This document shows, in pieces, positions 9,391 through 18,420 of a DNA stretch of 64,000 nucleotides. The translations under genes were made by a program, and so were the position numbers. Under the pieces are notes generated by a model that ran no database searches, had not been told where the DNA came from, and saw only the letters and a program-made list of their open reading frames with translations. Positions within the stretch are counted from its first letter, which is position 1, and each line of letters begins with the position of its first letter. The stretch is from Bacillota bacterium (GTDB lineage Bacteria; Bacillota; Limnochordia; Limnochordales; ZCTH02-B6). The stretch is taken from positions 12,941 through 76,940 of the forward strand of contig JACDOI010000005.1 of assembly GCA_017656145.1 (NCBI GenBank). Reading direction: 5' to 3'.

Positions 9391-10427
9391 GCTGCCTGGC
9401 CCCTTGTGAAGCGGCGCCAGTCTTCCAGTTTCCGGTAGGCGGCACCGGAATCGATGGACTCTTGGGCCATGGCGATGCCGTCCAAGAGCGATGAGGCAAG
9501 ACCGGCGACCTTGAGCGCAGCCCCGGCGTTCAGCACCACCGCGTTCCGAGCCGGTCCCCGGTCCTCGCCTCGCAAAATGGCGACGATGCGCCGCGCGTTC
9601 TCCTCGGCCGTGCCGCCCGAAAGCTCCTCGGGCCGGCTGCGGGCGAGCCCCACTTCCTCAGGAGCCAAGACGAACTCAGACACGCGGTCGCCGGTTACCT
9701 CAGCCAACGTGGTCGTCCCGCAGACCGACAGCTCATCCATTCCCGGCGCACCGTGGACGACGTACGCGTGCGTAGCGCCGAGGGCCCGCAATACTCCAGC
9801 CAGGACCGGCACGAGTTTCGCGTCATAGGCGCCGAGAACGTACGCCTGGGCGCCGGCGGGGTTGGTTAGCGGTCCGAGGACGTTGAATACGGTGCGCACG
9901 CCCAGTTCCCGCCGGGGTCCGGCCGCGTGTTTCATGGCCTGATGGTACAACGGGGCAAACATGAAACCGATGCCGGTTTCCTCGATGCAGTCGCGCACCT
10001 GCTCGGGGCTCAGATCGAGCCGGATTCCTAGCGCCTCCAGGACGTCGGCGCTGCCGCACCGGCTGGATACGGCCCGGTTTCCGTGCTTGGCCACGATCGC
10101 TCCCGCTCCAGCGGCGACCAGGGCCGCAGCGGTGGAAATGTTGAACGTGTTGCTGCCGTCGCCTCCCGTTCCGACAATATCCACCAAAGGCGCCCGGCGA
10201 GGGCGGATCTGCACCGCACAGCGGCGCATGCTTTTGGCGCAGCCGGTGATCTCGGCCACCGTTTCGCCTTTCATGCGCAAGGCGATAAGAAATCCCGCCA
10301 CTTGGGCCGGGGTGGCCTGGCCGCTCATGACCGCGTCCATGGCCGCCGACGCTTGTTCCTCGGTCAGATCTTGGCCCTGGACCAAAAGGCTGATGGCTTC
10401 GGCAATCGACATAGGCGTCATCGACAA
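9387..10427 (-). CDS. trpD: anthranilate phosphoribosyltransferase
   Basis: 346 aa with DIVGTGGDGSNTFNISTAAA and AKHGNRAVSS. Confidence 0.95.
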   Translation of the reverse strand: MSMTPMSIAEAISLLVQGQDLTEEQASAAMDAVMSGQATPAQVAGFLIALRMKGETVAEITGCAKSMRRCAVQIRPRRAPLVDIVGTGGDGSNTFNISTAAALVAAGAGAIVAKHGNRAVSSRCGSADVLEALGIRLDLSPEQVRDCIEETGIGFMFAPLYHQAMKHAAGPRRELGVRTVFNVLGPLTNPAGAQAYVLGAYDAKLVPVLAGVLRALGATHAYVVHGAPGMDELSVCGTTTLAEVTGDRVSEFVLAPEEVGLARSRPEELSGGTAEENARRIVAILRGEDRGPARNAVVLNAGAALKVAGLASSLLDGIAMAQESIDSGAAYRKLEDWRRFTRGQAA

Positions 10428-10440
10428 GGCCGTCCTCCCT

Positions 10441-11025
10441 TCACGCGGCCTGCACCGCGCCGGTCATCGCCAGGAAATTGCGCAACATCTGCTTGCCGCA
10501 GGATGTCAGGATCGATTCGGGGTGGAACTGGACGCCTTCTACCGGCAGAGAGCGGTGGCGCAAACCCATGACGTCTCCATTCGCCGTCTCGGCGGTCACC
10601 TCAAGGCAATCCGGCAGCGATTCCCGTTCCACCACCAGAGAGTGGTACCGGGTCGCTGAGATGGGCGACGGCACGCCGGCGAATAGGCCGCGGCCGTCAT
10701 GCCAGATATCCGATGTCTTGCCGTGCATCAACTCTTTGGCCCGCACGACCCGCCCGCCGAAGACCTCGGCAACGCACTGGTGCCCAAGGCAGACGCCAAG
10801 CACCGGAACCCGTCCGGCGAACCGGCGGATGACGTCGGACGAAATGCCCGCTTCCCGGGGGGTGCACGGCCCCGGTGAGATGACGATGCCTGCCGGGTTC
10901 AGCCGTTCGAGGTCCTCGGGTTGGACCTGGTCGTTGCGGTAGACCGCGAGCTTTGCGCCAAGTTCGCCCAAGTATTGGACGAGGTTGTAGGTGAAAGAAT
11001 CGTAGTTGTCGATAACCGCGATCAT
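10441..11025 (-). CDS. trpG: anthranilate synthase component II (glutamine amidotransferase)
   Basis: [27 protein letters not shown] and [11 protein letters not shown] 11025..11023 overlaps the trpE TGA (ATGA). The 142-codon extension in the track is out-of-frame trpE sequence. Confidence 0.94.
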   Translation of the reverse strand: MIAVIDNYDSFTYNLVQYLGELGAKLAVYRNDQVQPEDLERLNPAGIVISPGPCTPREAGISSDVIRRFAGRVPVLGVCLGHQCVAEVFGGRVVRAKELMHGKTSDIWHDGRGLFAGVPSPISATRYHSLVVERESLPDCLEVTAETANGDVMGLRHRSLPVEGVQFHPESILTSCGKQMLRNFLAMTGAVQAA

Positions 11026-12506
11026 CCCTTCGCCTCCTCCGCCAGGGCGATGGTCTTCAGAAGCGCCTTGGCTTTGTTGAGCGTCTCGTCGAACTCGGCT
11101 TGCGGGTTTGAATCGGCCACAATGCCGGCGCCGGCCTGGACGTGGGCCAAGCCGCCCTGTACCAGGACCGTCCGGATGGTGATGCACGAGTCCATGTTTC
11201 CCGAGAAACCGAAGTAACCAACCGCGCCGGCGTACGGCCCCCGGCGGCTCGGTTCCAGCTCGTCGATGATCTCCATGGCCCGGACCTTGGGCGCGCCGGT
11301 TACGGTACCGGCCGGAAACGTGGCGCGCAACAGATCGAACCCGGTCTTGCCCTCGGCCAATTCGCCGGTGACGTTGGAGACGATGTGCATGACGTGGGAA
11401 TACCGCTCGATGGTCATCAGTTCGTCCACCTGTACCGATCCGTAGCGGCACACCCGCCCCAGGTCGTTGCGGCCGAGGTCCACCAGCATGATGTGTTCGG
11501 CCCTTTCCTTGGCGTCCGCCAAAAGCTCCTTGGCCAACCGCTCGTCTTCTTCTGGCGTGGCTCCCCGGGGCCGGGTGCCGGCGATGGGCCTTAGCTGCGC
11601 CTTCCCACCGTCAAGCCGCACCATCACCTCGGGCGATGAGCCGATGAGCTGGTGGTCGCCGAAGTCCAGATAAAACATGTAGGGCGACGGATTGACTGAT
11701 CGCAGCACCCGGTACACGTCGAACGGATGGGCGCCAAGCGGCGCTGTCAGACGTTGTGAGAGAACGACCTGGAAGATGTCGCCCGCCGCGATGTACTCCT
11801 TGGCTTGCTGCACGGACCGGCAAAAGACATCTTTTTCCACGTTGGACTGGTATCGCGGCATGTGGAACCCGCGGGGGTCAATCCCCATGAGGGGCCGCAG
11901 CCCCGGCTCCCGCTCCAGCCGGCGGACAACGTCCTCGACTCGCCGGACCGCCCGCTTGTACGCGCCTTCCGGGTCCCCGTCGACCGGCTGGTTGACGACC
12001 ACCTGGATCCGGCGGCTCACGTGATCGAAGACGAGGACTGTGTCGGTGATGAGAAACGCCATGTCCGGCGTGTTCAGCTCGTCCCGGGGCCCCCCGGGCA
12101 GGCGCTCGATGAATCGGACCGCGTCGTAGCCTACATAGCCCACCGCACCGCCGAAGAAACGGGGAAGGCCGGGTAAACCGGGAACCCGATACCCGGACAA
12201 CAGTTCCTCCAGCCTCTTCAGCGGATCGGCGGCGGTTTCCCGAACCGTTCCGTTAGGACCGGTAATGATCACCTCGCGGCCCCGGGACCGAAAGGTCGCC
12301 AGAGCCGTGTTGCCCAGAAACGAGTAGCGGCCCAGCGTTTCCCCACCTTCCACGCTTTCGAGCAGAAACGTGTGGGGTCCCCATCCGAGCTTGGCCAAAG
12401 CGGACACAGGGGTATCGGTGTCGGCAATGACCTCCCGCAGGACGGGGATCACGTTGGCGGTCCGGGCCAGGGATGCAAACTCCGCCGGGCCGGGCGTGCA
12501 CTGCAT
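11022..12506 (-). CDS. trpE: anthranilate synthase component I
   Basis: Contains [36 protein letters not shown] and [13 protein letters not shown] at 12506 with AGGAGG about 8 nt upstream. Confidence 0.95.
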   Translation of the reverse strand: MQCTPGPAEFASLARTANVIPVLREVIADTDTPVSALAKLGWGPHTFLLESVEGGETLGRYSFLGNTALATFRSRGREVIITGPNGTVRETAADPLKRLEELLSGYRVPGLPGLPRFFGGAVGYVGYDAVRFIERLPGGPRDELNTPDMAFLITDTVLVFDHVSRRIQVVVNQPVDGDPEGAYKRAVRRVEDVVRRLEREPGLRPLMGIDPRGFHMPRYQSNVEKDVFCRSVQQAKEYIAAGDIFQVVLSQRLTAPLGAHPFDVYRVLRSVNPSPYMFYLDFGDHQLIGSSPEVMVRLDGGKAQLRPIAGTRPRGATPEEDERLAKELLADAKERAEHIMLVDLGRNDLGRVCRYGSVQVDELMTIERYSHVMHIVSNVTGELAEGKTGFDLLRATFPAGTVTGAPKVRAMEIIDELEPSRRGPYAGAVGYFGFSGNMDSCITIRTVLVQGGLAHVQAGAGIVADSNPQAEFDETLNKAKALLKTIALAEEAKG

Positions 12507-12511
12507 CGGAG

Positions 12512-12540
12512 AGCCTCCTGTCGCGGTTGAGCCGGAGGCT
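12512..12540 (-). promoter_or_regulatory. possible Shine-Dalgarno-sequestering hairpin of trpE
   Basis: Minus strand AGCCTCC (12540..12534) is perfectly complementary to GGAGGCT (12518..12512), which contains the trpE RBS. The loop is 15 nt. Confidence 0.4.
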
Positions 12541-12545
12541 GGCCG

Positions 12546-12575
12546 AAAAAAAGGCCACGCGGTCGCGTGGCCTTT
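12546..12575 (-). terminator. intrinsic terminator (attenuator) in the trp leader
   Basis: Minus strand AAA-GGCCACGCG-ac-CGCGTGGCC-TTTTTTT. It lies between the promoter and trpE, 30 nt after the triplet array. Confidence 0.75.
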
Positions 12576-12604
12576 CTGGGATCCCACTTAGAAACAGAGG
12601 ATAC

Positions 12605-12666
12605 CTCGAGGGATCGCTCGGCTCTGCTCTTCCGCGCTCGACTCGTCTCAAACTCAGCTCAATCTA
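12605..12666 (-). promoter_or_regulatory. (G/U)AG triplet array, candidate TRAP (MtrB) binding site
   Basis: Minus strand reads TAG-att-GAG-ct-GAG-ttt-GAG-ac-GAG-tc-GAG-cgcggaa-GAG-ca-GAG-cc-GAG-cgatccctc-GAG. That is 10 triplets, mostly with 2-3 nt spacers. Confidence 0.7.
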
Positions 12667-12678
12667 GAATTCCAGTCA

Positions 12679-12708
12679 ATTGTAGGCGTTGCGGGGCGAA
12701 CATGTCAA
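12679..12708 (-). promoter_or_regulatory. sigma-A-type trp operon promoter
   Basis: Minus strand consensus TTGACA (12708..12703), an 18-nt spacer, then TACAAT (12684..12679). Confidence 0.75.
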
Positions 12709-12722
12709 GACCGTCCGGGGGT

Positions 12723-13958
12723 TCAAAACACAAATTTCGCCCCGGACAGGCGCCGTCCCACCTCGCGGATGATTCGCCGCTCGTCATCCTCATCTTGCGC
12801 CTCGAAGGTGACCGACAGGCGGACGAAATGGCCCGCCTCGTCCCACGGCACGGTGGCGATGAGCTTTTCTGTCAACAGCCATTGGCTGAAGTCTTCCGCG
12901 GTGGCGAATTCGACGCTCCCGGCCGCCCGGGGCGCCCGTACGTACAAGTAGAAGGATGCCTTTGGCGGCCGGGCGTCGAAGCCCGCTTCCCGCAACACTT
13001 CGGCCAGCATCCGGTGCCGGCGGGCGTACTTTTCAGCGGCCCGCCGGGTGATCTCCGGATGGCGCAAGGCGCGGATGCAAGCCCACTGGATGGCCCGGAA
13101 CTGGCCGGAGTCGGTGTTGTCCTTGACTTGCGAGAACGCCTTGACCGCCAGCTCGTTTCCGCATACCCACGCCATGCGCCATCCGGTCATGTTAAATGCT
13201 TTCGACATGGAATGGATCTCGACACCGACCTCCAAGGCCCCCGGAACCGACAAAAAGCTCAGCGGCCGCTCGCCGTCGAATGTGAGGGCGGCGTACGCGG
13301 CGTCGTGGACCACCATGATCCGGTGGCGCCGGGCAAACTCGACCACATGCTCGAAAAACTCCCGGCTGGCGACAGCCCCAGTCGGGTTGTTGGGGTAGTT
13401 CAAATACAAAAGCTTCGCCCGGCGCCGCTGCTCTTCGGTGAGGCTGTCAAGGTCGGGCAAGAACCCGTTTTCGGGCGTTAACGCGAGCGGGTACACCTCG
13501 CCGCCCAGGTATTGGGTGTAGGTGGCCAGGACCGGATACCCCGGCACGGTAGTGACGGCCGCATCGCCGGGATCGATGAACGCCAGGGGCATCAGCGCCA
13601 GGGCGGACTTGGACCCGATGCTCGGGCAAACGTGGAGGTCGGGGTCTAGCCCCGTTACGCCGTAGACGTCGGCCATGTATTGAACGGCCGCGTCCCGGAA
13701 TTCGGGGATACCGTTGTCCGCGTAAAACCGGTTTTCCGGCCGGCCTGCTTGCCTTGCCAGTTCCTCCACGACCGACGGATCGGCCGGGGAGTCAGGCTCC
13801 CCGATGCCAAGGTCGATAAGTTCCAGTTCAGGGTGGGCTCGTCGGGCTTCTTCCCGGAGGCGCTTCAATTTGGCAAACTTGTACTCCCGCGCGTCCCGGC
13901 CGAATTGCGTCCCACCAAGGCGCTGGGCCAGCAACTCGCGAACGACGGACTCGATCAT
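12723..13958 (-). CDS. dapL: class I/II PLP aminotransferase, probable LL-diaminopimelate aminotransferase
   Basis: 411 aa with YKFAKL, DLGIGEPD, NYPNNPTG and SMSKAFNMTGWR (PLP lysine). It lies immediately downstream of dapF. Confidence 0.7.
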   Translation of the reverse strand: MIESVVRELLAQRLGGTQFGRDAREYKFAKLKRLREEARRAHPELELIDLGIGEPDSPADPSVVEELARQAGRPENRFYADNGIPEFRDAAVQYMADVYGVTGLDPDLHVCPSIGSKSALALMPLAFIDPGDAAVTTVPGYPVLATYTQYLGGEVYPLALTPENGFLPDLDSLTEEQRRRAKLLYLNYPNNPTGAVASREFFEHVVEFARRHRIMVVHDAAYAALTFDGERPLSFLSVPGALEVGVEIHSMSKAFNMTGWRMAWVCGNELAVKAFSQVKDNTDSGQFRAIQWACIRALRHPEITRRAAEKYARRHRMLAEVLREAGFDARPPKASFYLYVRAPRAAGSVEFATAEDFSQWLLTEKLIATVPWDEAGHFVRLSVTFEAQDEDDERRIIREVGRRLSGAKFVF

Positions 13959-13989
13959 CCCGTTTTCCTCCCCACATCAACCTACAACA

Positions 13990-14859
13990 TCAACCGCAAG
14001 AGAGATCGCGAAGCCATTCGGGCGCGAGCTCGCCGGAACAGACGAATCGGCACTCGCCGGTCATGAACACCCGGCCGTCGGCGGCCCATTCCACCGACAG
14101 CGCTCCCCCGGGCAACTGGACCCGCACGCTCCGGCCGACCTTGCCAAGACGGGCTGCGGCCACGGCCGCGGCGCACGCTCCGGTGCCGCAAGCCGCCGTT
14201 TCTCCGCTTCCCCGCTCCCACACCCTCACCTTAATCGTGTTGGCATCCACAACTTGGACAAACTCGACGTTGGTTCGCCTGGGAAAGGCGGCATGGAATT
14301 CGATCCTCGGCCCCAGGTCCGTTACCGGCGCCCGGCCGGTGTCGTCGACGAACAAGACGCAGTGCGGATTGCCCATGGACACGGCTGTTGCCCGCACCTC
14401 CCTGCCGTCGACCACAAGAGGCTCGTCCAACGCCGCAGTGGACGGTTCGCCTCCCTCCATCGGAATTTGCGCCCTAGCCCAGCGCGGCTCGCCCATGTCG
14501 ACCCGGCAAGCGGCGATTTCGCCATCTTGTCGGACGATGTCCACCCTCAACACGCCGGCCCCGGTTTCTACCGCAACCGAATCGGCCGCGGCGATGCCGG
14601 TTTCCACAGCGTAGCGGGCGACGCACCGGATGCCGTTGCCGCACATCTCCGCTTCACTTCCGTCGGCGTTGAAAATCCGCATCCGAACGTCGGCCACGGA
14701 CGACGGCAGGATGAGGATGAGGCCGTCGGATCCGATTCCAAACCGGCTGTCGCTGACCCGCCGGGCGAGGCCGGGCCAGTCCACACGCGGTTCGGACTGG
14801 CGGACGAGATCGATGTAGACGTAGCTGTTTCCAAGGCCGTGCATCTTCACAAACCGCAC
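13990..14859 (-). CDS. dapF: diaminopimelate epimerase
   Basis: 289 aa with MRFVKMHGLGNSY and both catalytic Cys motifs (EMCGNGIRC and AACGTGACA). Confidence 0.95.
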   Translation of the reverse strand: MRFVKMHGLGNSYVYIDLVRQSEPRVDWPGLARRVSDSRFGIGSDGLILILPSSVADVRMRIFNADGSEAEMCGNGIRCVARYAVETGIAAADSVAVETGAGVLRVDIVRQDGEIAACRVDMGEPRWARAQIPMEGGEPSTAALDEPLVVDGREVRATAVSMGNPHCVLFVDDTGRAPVTDLGPRIEFHAAFPRRTNVEFVQVVDANTIKVRVWERGSGETAACGTGACAAAVAAARLGKVGRSVRVQLPGGALSVEWAADGRVFMTGECRFVCSGELAPEWLRDLSCG

Positions 14860-14860
14860 G

Positions 14861-15154
14861 TCAGATTCCCCGGCTTTCCAGCATCATCTCAGGCCCCGTA
14901 TGGGCGTCATTTGCTCGATGCTCGGATTTTACCAATTGGGCGTTTGCGGCGTCAACCGGACTATCGGCCGGCGGTTCGTCGCCGCAAATCGGACAGTGGC
15001 CCCGCTCAAAGGAAGCTTGGCGCAACACTAAGGGGGCGGCCCGCATGCCTTCCAAAAACCCTTCCTTGCGCCCGAAGCGACGTCCCAGCCCATATCCCGC
15101 CACAAACGCCAACACGGCGACGCTTGCCCAAAGTCCGGCCGGATCCCAGGTCAC
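14861..15154 (-). CDS. small membrane-anchored hypothetical protein (97 aa)
   Basis: GTG 15154..15152 overlaps the upstream TGA (GTGA), with GAAGGAGGG about 8 nt upstream. One TM helix (GLWASVAVLAFVAGYGL) and a CPIC motif. The stop is 1 nt from the dapF start. Confidence 0.45.
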   Translation of the reverse strand: MTWDPAGLWASVAVLAFVAGYGLGRRFGRKEGFLEGMRAAPLVLRQASFERGHCPICGDEPPADSPVDAANAQLVKSEHRANDAHTGPEMMLESRGI

Positions 15155-15774
15155 CGCTGAAGCCCTCCTTCTTCCGCAGGCCATCGCCGGGCGCTCCACT
15201 CCATCACGCCGCCGATCACAGGCGCCGCCGCGACGACGCTGGTGACAAACAGCGGCTCGATGGCAAGGCCCAACAAGAGGGCAGCCACGCCCAAGCCTGC
15301 GGTCTCCACCGCTCCGAGGCGGAAGACGAGGGAGCGGGCGCCGCGCAGGCGGTCTTCCGCGGCGTCGGCCAGGTCGTCGATGCACTGGACCGCGAATATG
15401 GCGGCGAGGGCGGCGAGCATGGCCCAAGGCCCGGCCAAGACCGATCCGGCCGCGACGGCCAGGGCCGATTCGTGCCAGCCGCAAAGCCCCGACGGCAACC
15501 GCCGGCGCCAGTCGTGGGACATGCCCACCGCATAGGCGGCCAAAAATAACGTACCCGCCCGCACCCCGTCGGCCAGCGCCGCCGCCGCCAAAGCAGCCAG
15601 GGCATACGCCATCGCCCCGTCGCCGGTCCGGGCGGCCAGTGTAATCCGGCCGGCCAATTCGTCGGTATCCCGGTCGAGGCAGTCGTCCATCAGCTTGACG
15701 GCCAGGCCGGTGAACAGGACCGCCGCCAACATCCGGGCAACGCCGGACCAACCGTCAAAGGTGGCGGCGAACAA
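15151..15774 (-). CDS. polytopic membrane protein with two UbiA-like Asp-rich motifs (mini prenyltransferase-like)
   Basis: 207 aa and very hydrophobic. DDCLDRDTD and DDLADAAED each fit (N/D)DxxDxxxD. Overlaps the GTPase gene's 3' end by 20 nt. Confidence 0.55.
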   Translation of the reverse strand: MFAATFDGWSGVARMLAAVLFTGLAVKLMDDCLDRDTDELAGRITLAARTGDGAMAYALAALAAAALADGVRAGTLFLAAYAVGMSHDWRRRLPSGLCGWHESALAVAAGSVLAGPWAMLAALAAIFAVQCIDDLADAAEDRLRGARSLVFRLGAVETAGLGVAALLLGLAIEPLFVTSVVAAAPVIGGVMEWSARRWPAEEGGLQR

Positions 15775-16363
15775 AGGCTTTCACCTCGTCAAACCCTTGG
15801 CGGTACAGGGCGGAGACAGGCGCGATGGGATGGCCGGCGAACTCTTGTTTCAGGCGGGCAAGCCCAACCCGGGCCGCCGGCAAATCCATTTTGTTGGCCA
15901 ACAGCAAGTATCCGCCCCGCATTTGCGCGAACTGGGCCACTTGGTAATCCACCTCGCCGATGGCGTTCACCGCTTCAGCCTCGCCCAGGGCGGCTGCGTC
16001 AATCATGTGGAGGATGGCTTGCGCCTCCCGAACGGCGGCCAGCGTCTGGGCCATGGCCCGCCGGATCGATGGATCCGGGTGGATGCCGTCTACCAGGCCG
16101 CTTGTGTCGACGAGTTCGAACGGTTGCGTCCCCTTGCCGGCGGGAAGTTCCAGGCAGAGACTCTGAAGCTGGCGAGTGCGATGGGGCTCGGCGCCGGTCA
16201 GATCGTCTAAGGCCGCGGCGATCCGGTACGGCTTTTCCCACCGGCGCCCGCCGGCCTCCGCGAACTGGATGCGGGCTTCGGCCATCCCCAAGTACAGCGC
16301 GAACTGGAGGGCGAACATCGTCTTGCCCACATTGGGCCGGCCGATGATGATGCAGCGCTTCAC
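15755..16363 (-). CDS. small stand-alone P-loop GTPase
   Basis: 202 aa with G1 GRPNVGKT, G3 DTSG and G4 NKMD. GTG 16363..16361 overlaps the spoVK TGA (GTGA). Confidence 0.8.
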   Translation of the reverse strand: MKRCIIIGRPNVGKTMFALQFALYLGMAEARIQFAEAGGRRWEKPYRIAAALDDLTGAEPHRTRQLQSLCLELPAGKGTQPFELVDTSGLVDGIHPDPSIRRAMAQTLAAVREAQAILHMIDAAALGEAEAVNAIGEVDYQVAQFAQMRGGYLLLANKMDLPAARVGLARLKQEFAGHPIAPVSALYRQGFDEVKAFVRRHL

Positions 16364-17355
16364 CGGAGAGCCACCGCGGCCACGTCGGCCGCCTCTAGGG
16401 TGATGAGATCGTCCCGGGACAGCCGCCGGCGCTGGACAAGCCGCACCGCTTGCCGGCGCATGGCCCGTTCGATCAAGTTGCGGACGAAGCGGGCGTTGCC
16501 ATGGCCCAGTAGGTGCGTGCGCTGCTCGAGCACCCGGCGGAGACGCAAGGCCGCCGCCGGCGACAGCCGGTAATGGTGTTGTTCACACATTAGCCTTGCG
16601 ATCTGGTACAGTTCGTCCGCCGTGTAGTCGGGGAAGTCGATCTGCACGGGAAACCGGGACCGCAGGCCGGGATTGACGGTCAAAAAATATTCCATTTCGT
16701 CCCGGTAACCGGCCAGGATGACGACCAGCTCGTGCTTGTGATCCTCCATCGCTTTGACCAGCGTGTCGATGGCTTCCTTGCCGAAGTCCTTCTCCCCGCC
16801 CCGGGCCAAGGCGTACGCCTCATCGACGAACAGCACGCCGCCCAGCGCTTTGCGGATGTGCTCCCGGGTTCGTTGGGCTGTGTGGCCGATGTACTCGCCC
16901 ACCAGGTCGGCTCGCTCGCATTCGACCAGATGGCCCTTGGGCAACGCGCCCAGTTCGCCTAACATCCGGCCGACGATGCGGGCGACGGTAGTTTTGCCGG
17001 TCCCAGGGTTGCCTTTGAAAATCATGTGAAGCGCCATCGGTTTCGTGGGCAAGTGCTCCTTGGCCCGGCGCTGCTGGATTTCGACGAAGGCCGCGAGTTC
17101 CCGCACCAGTTCCTTGACAGGCGCAAGGCCCACCAAAGCGTCCAACTCGGCCAAGACGGCGTCCACCCGCTGCCGCCTGGCATCTTCGTCGGAGCCGGGG
17201 GCCTGGCTCGGTTCAGGCGGGGCCGGTTGCCGGGACCACGTTTCCAGCCGGCGGACGTAACCGAAGGCTTCTCCCGGCGAGATCCGGCCGGCCGCCAGCC
17301 AGTCGAGGATCTCATCGACGGTGCGGGGCGCAAGGTCACGCTCCCCCACCGGCAC
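16360..17355 (-). CDS. spoVK: AAA+ ATPase, stage V sporulation protein K family
   Basis: Contains [11 protein letters not shown], Walker [10 protein letters not shown], Walker B LFVDEAY and [11 protein letters not shown] at 17355 has a GGAGG RBS 9 nt upstream. The track start at 17409 lacks an RBS, so the start is uncertain by 18 codons. Confidence 0.85.
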   Translation of the reverse strand: MPVGERDLAPRTVDEILDWLAAGRISPGEAFGYVRRLETWSRQPAPPEPSQAPGSDEDARRQRVDAVLAELDALVGLAPVKELVRELAAFVEIQQRRAKEHLPTKPMALHMIFKGNPGTGKTTVARIVGRMLGELGALPKGHLVECERADLVGEYIGHTAQRTREHIRKALGGVLFVDEAYALARGGEKDFGKEAIDTLVKAMEDHKHELVVILAGYRDEMEYFLTVNPGLRSRFPVQIDFPDYTADELYQIARLMCEQHHYRLSPAAALRLRRVLEQRTHLLGHGNARFVRNLIERAMRRQAVRLVQRRRLSRDDLITLEAADVAAVALR

Positions 17356-17445
17356 CTCACCTCGCCTCCGTTTTCCGGAGCCCGGTCGAGCCCGAGCGAA
17401 TACCCTCATACTATATGCCGGGGCGCTGGCGGGAGTTCCAGGTCC

Positions 17446-18420
17446 TTAAGGGCGGTCGGGAAGGCGCGGCGCGAAAGAAGGCCACCGCTCGGCAACGGCC
17501 TCGGCAATCGGCCGGATCGCGTCGCGGACGGTACGGTAGCGGGAAAGATCGAGCCAGTGGATTCGGGAATCGGCTCGGAACCAGATCAGCTGCCGGCGGG
17601 CGTAGTGGCGGGTATCCCGCTTGAGCCGGTGAACCGCTTCTTCAAGCGTAACCCGGCCCTTGAGATACGCGATGATTTCCTTGTACCCCAGCCCCTGCAT
17701 GGACACATGGCCTTCGTCCAACCCCCGCTCCATTAAGGACCGGACCTCTTCCACAAGACCCCGGCGCACTTGCTCGTCGACCCGCCGATCGATGCGGGCG
17801 TACAGTTCGTCCCGGGGCCGGGTGAGACCGAACATCAGCAAGTCAAACGCCGGTTCCTTCGCTCGGTGGGCCCGCAGGTGCCACGACAGCGGCCGGCCCG
17901 TCCGCTCGTACACTTCCAAGGCCCGGACGACTCGGCGCAAGTCGTTGGGATGAATTCGGGCGGCGGTCTCCGGGTCCACTTGCGCCAGGCGCCGGTGCAG
18001 TTCGGCCCTGCCGAGCCGCTCGGCCTCTTCCTCGAGCTTGCGGCGCAGCTCCCAGTCGGCCCCCCGGTCGGGGAAAAGAAACTGGTCCACGACCGCCCGC
18101 ACGTACAGTCCGGTGCCCCCGCTGAGAATGGGCAGCCGGCCCCGACGGTGAATGCCGGCGATGGCGGCCAGCGCGTAGTTCCGGTAGTCCGCCACGCTGA
18201 ACGGTTCTTCGGGATCGACGATGTCGATCCCGTGGTGAGGCACCCCTGCGCGCTCGGCCTCGGTGGGCTTGGCGGTGCCGATGTCCATGCCCCGGTACAC
18301 CTGCATGGAATCGGCGGTTACGATCTCCGCCGGCAGCAGGCGTCCCAAGGCGATGCAAACATCGGTCTTTCCGGCGGCGGTGGGGCCGACGATGACGAGC
18401 AGCGGCGGCTTGTGGCTCAC
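17446..18420 (-). CDS. miaA: tRNA dimethylallyltransferase
   Basis: Contains LLVIVGPTAAGKT, DSMQVYRGMDIGTAKP and GGTGLY. GTG 18420..18418 overlaps the upstream TGA (GTGA). Confidence 0.94.
   Translation of the reverse strand: MSHKPPLLVIVGPTAAGKTDVCIALGRLLPAEIVTADSMQVYRGMDIGTAKPTEAERAGVPHHGIDIVDPEEPFSVADYRNYALAAIAGIHRRGRLPILSGGTGLYVRAVVDQFLFPDRGADWELRRKLEEEAERLGRAELHRRLAQVDPETAARIHPNDLRRVVRALEVYERTGRPLSWHLRAHRAKEPAFDLLMFGLTRPRDELYARIDRRVDEQVRRGLVEEVRSLMERGLDEGHVSMQGLGYKEIIAYLKGRVTLEEAVHRLKRDTRHYARRQLIWFRADSRIHWLDLSRYRTVRDAIRPIAEAVAERWPSFAPRLPDRP

Noticed and set aside
10441-11451. Long N-terminal extensions in track ORFs (trpG 336 aa, dacF 545 aa, proS 705 aa, ribF 361 aa, nrnA 379 aa, PLP enzyme 499 aa)
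   Set aside because: The extensions are Arg/Gly/Pro-rich, overlap the upstream gene out of frame, and precede internal starts with good RBSs at the homology-expected N-termini.
12507-12700. T-box riboswitch as the trp leader
   Set aside because: The leader is only about 170 nt. It lacks a recognisable stem I specifier loop, AG bulge or the conserved T-box 14-mer. The regular GAG triplet array fits TRAP-type control better.
13804-15549. 581-aa plus-strand ORF over dapL/dapF and the membrane genes
   Set aside because: It is antisense to dapF and dapL, which have catalytic motifs. The sequence is low-complexity Arg/Pro/Gly. Artefact.
14861-15751. 296-aa ORF as a single gene
   Set aside because: Its first ~190 codons are Arg/Gly/Pro filler overlapping the hydrophobic 207-aa frame that carries Asp-rich motifs. 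Only the last 97 codons, which have their own RBS and a GTGA junction, look genuine.
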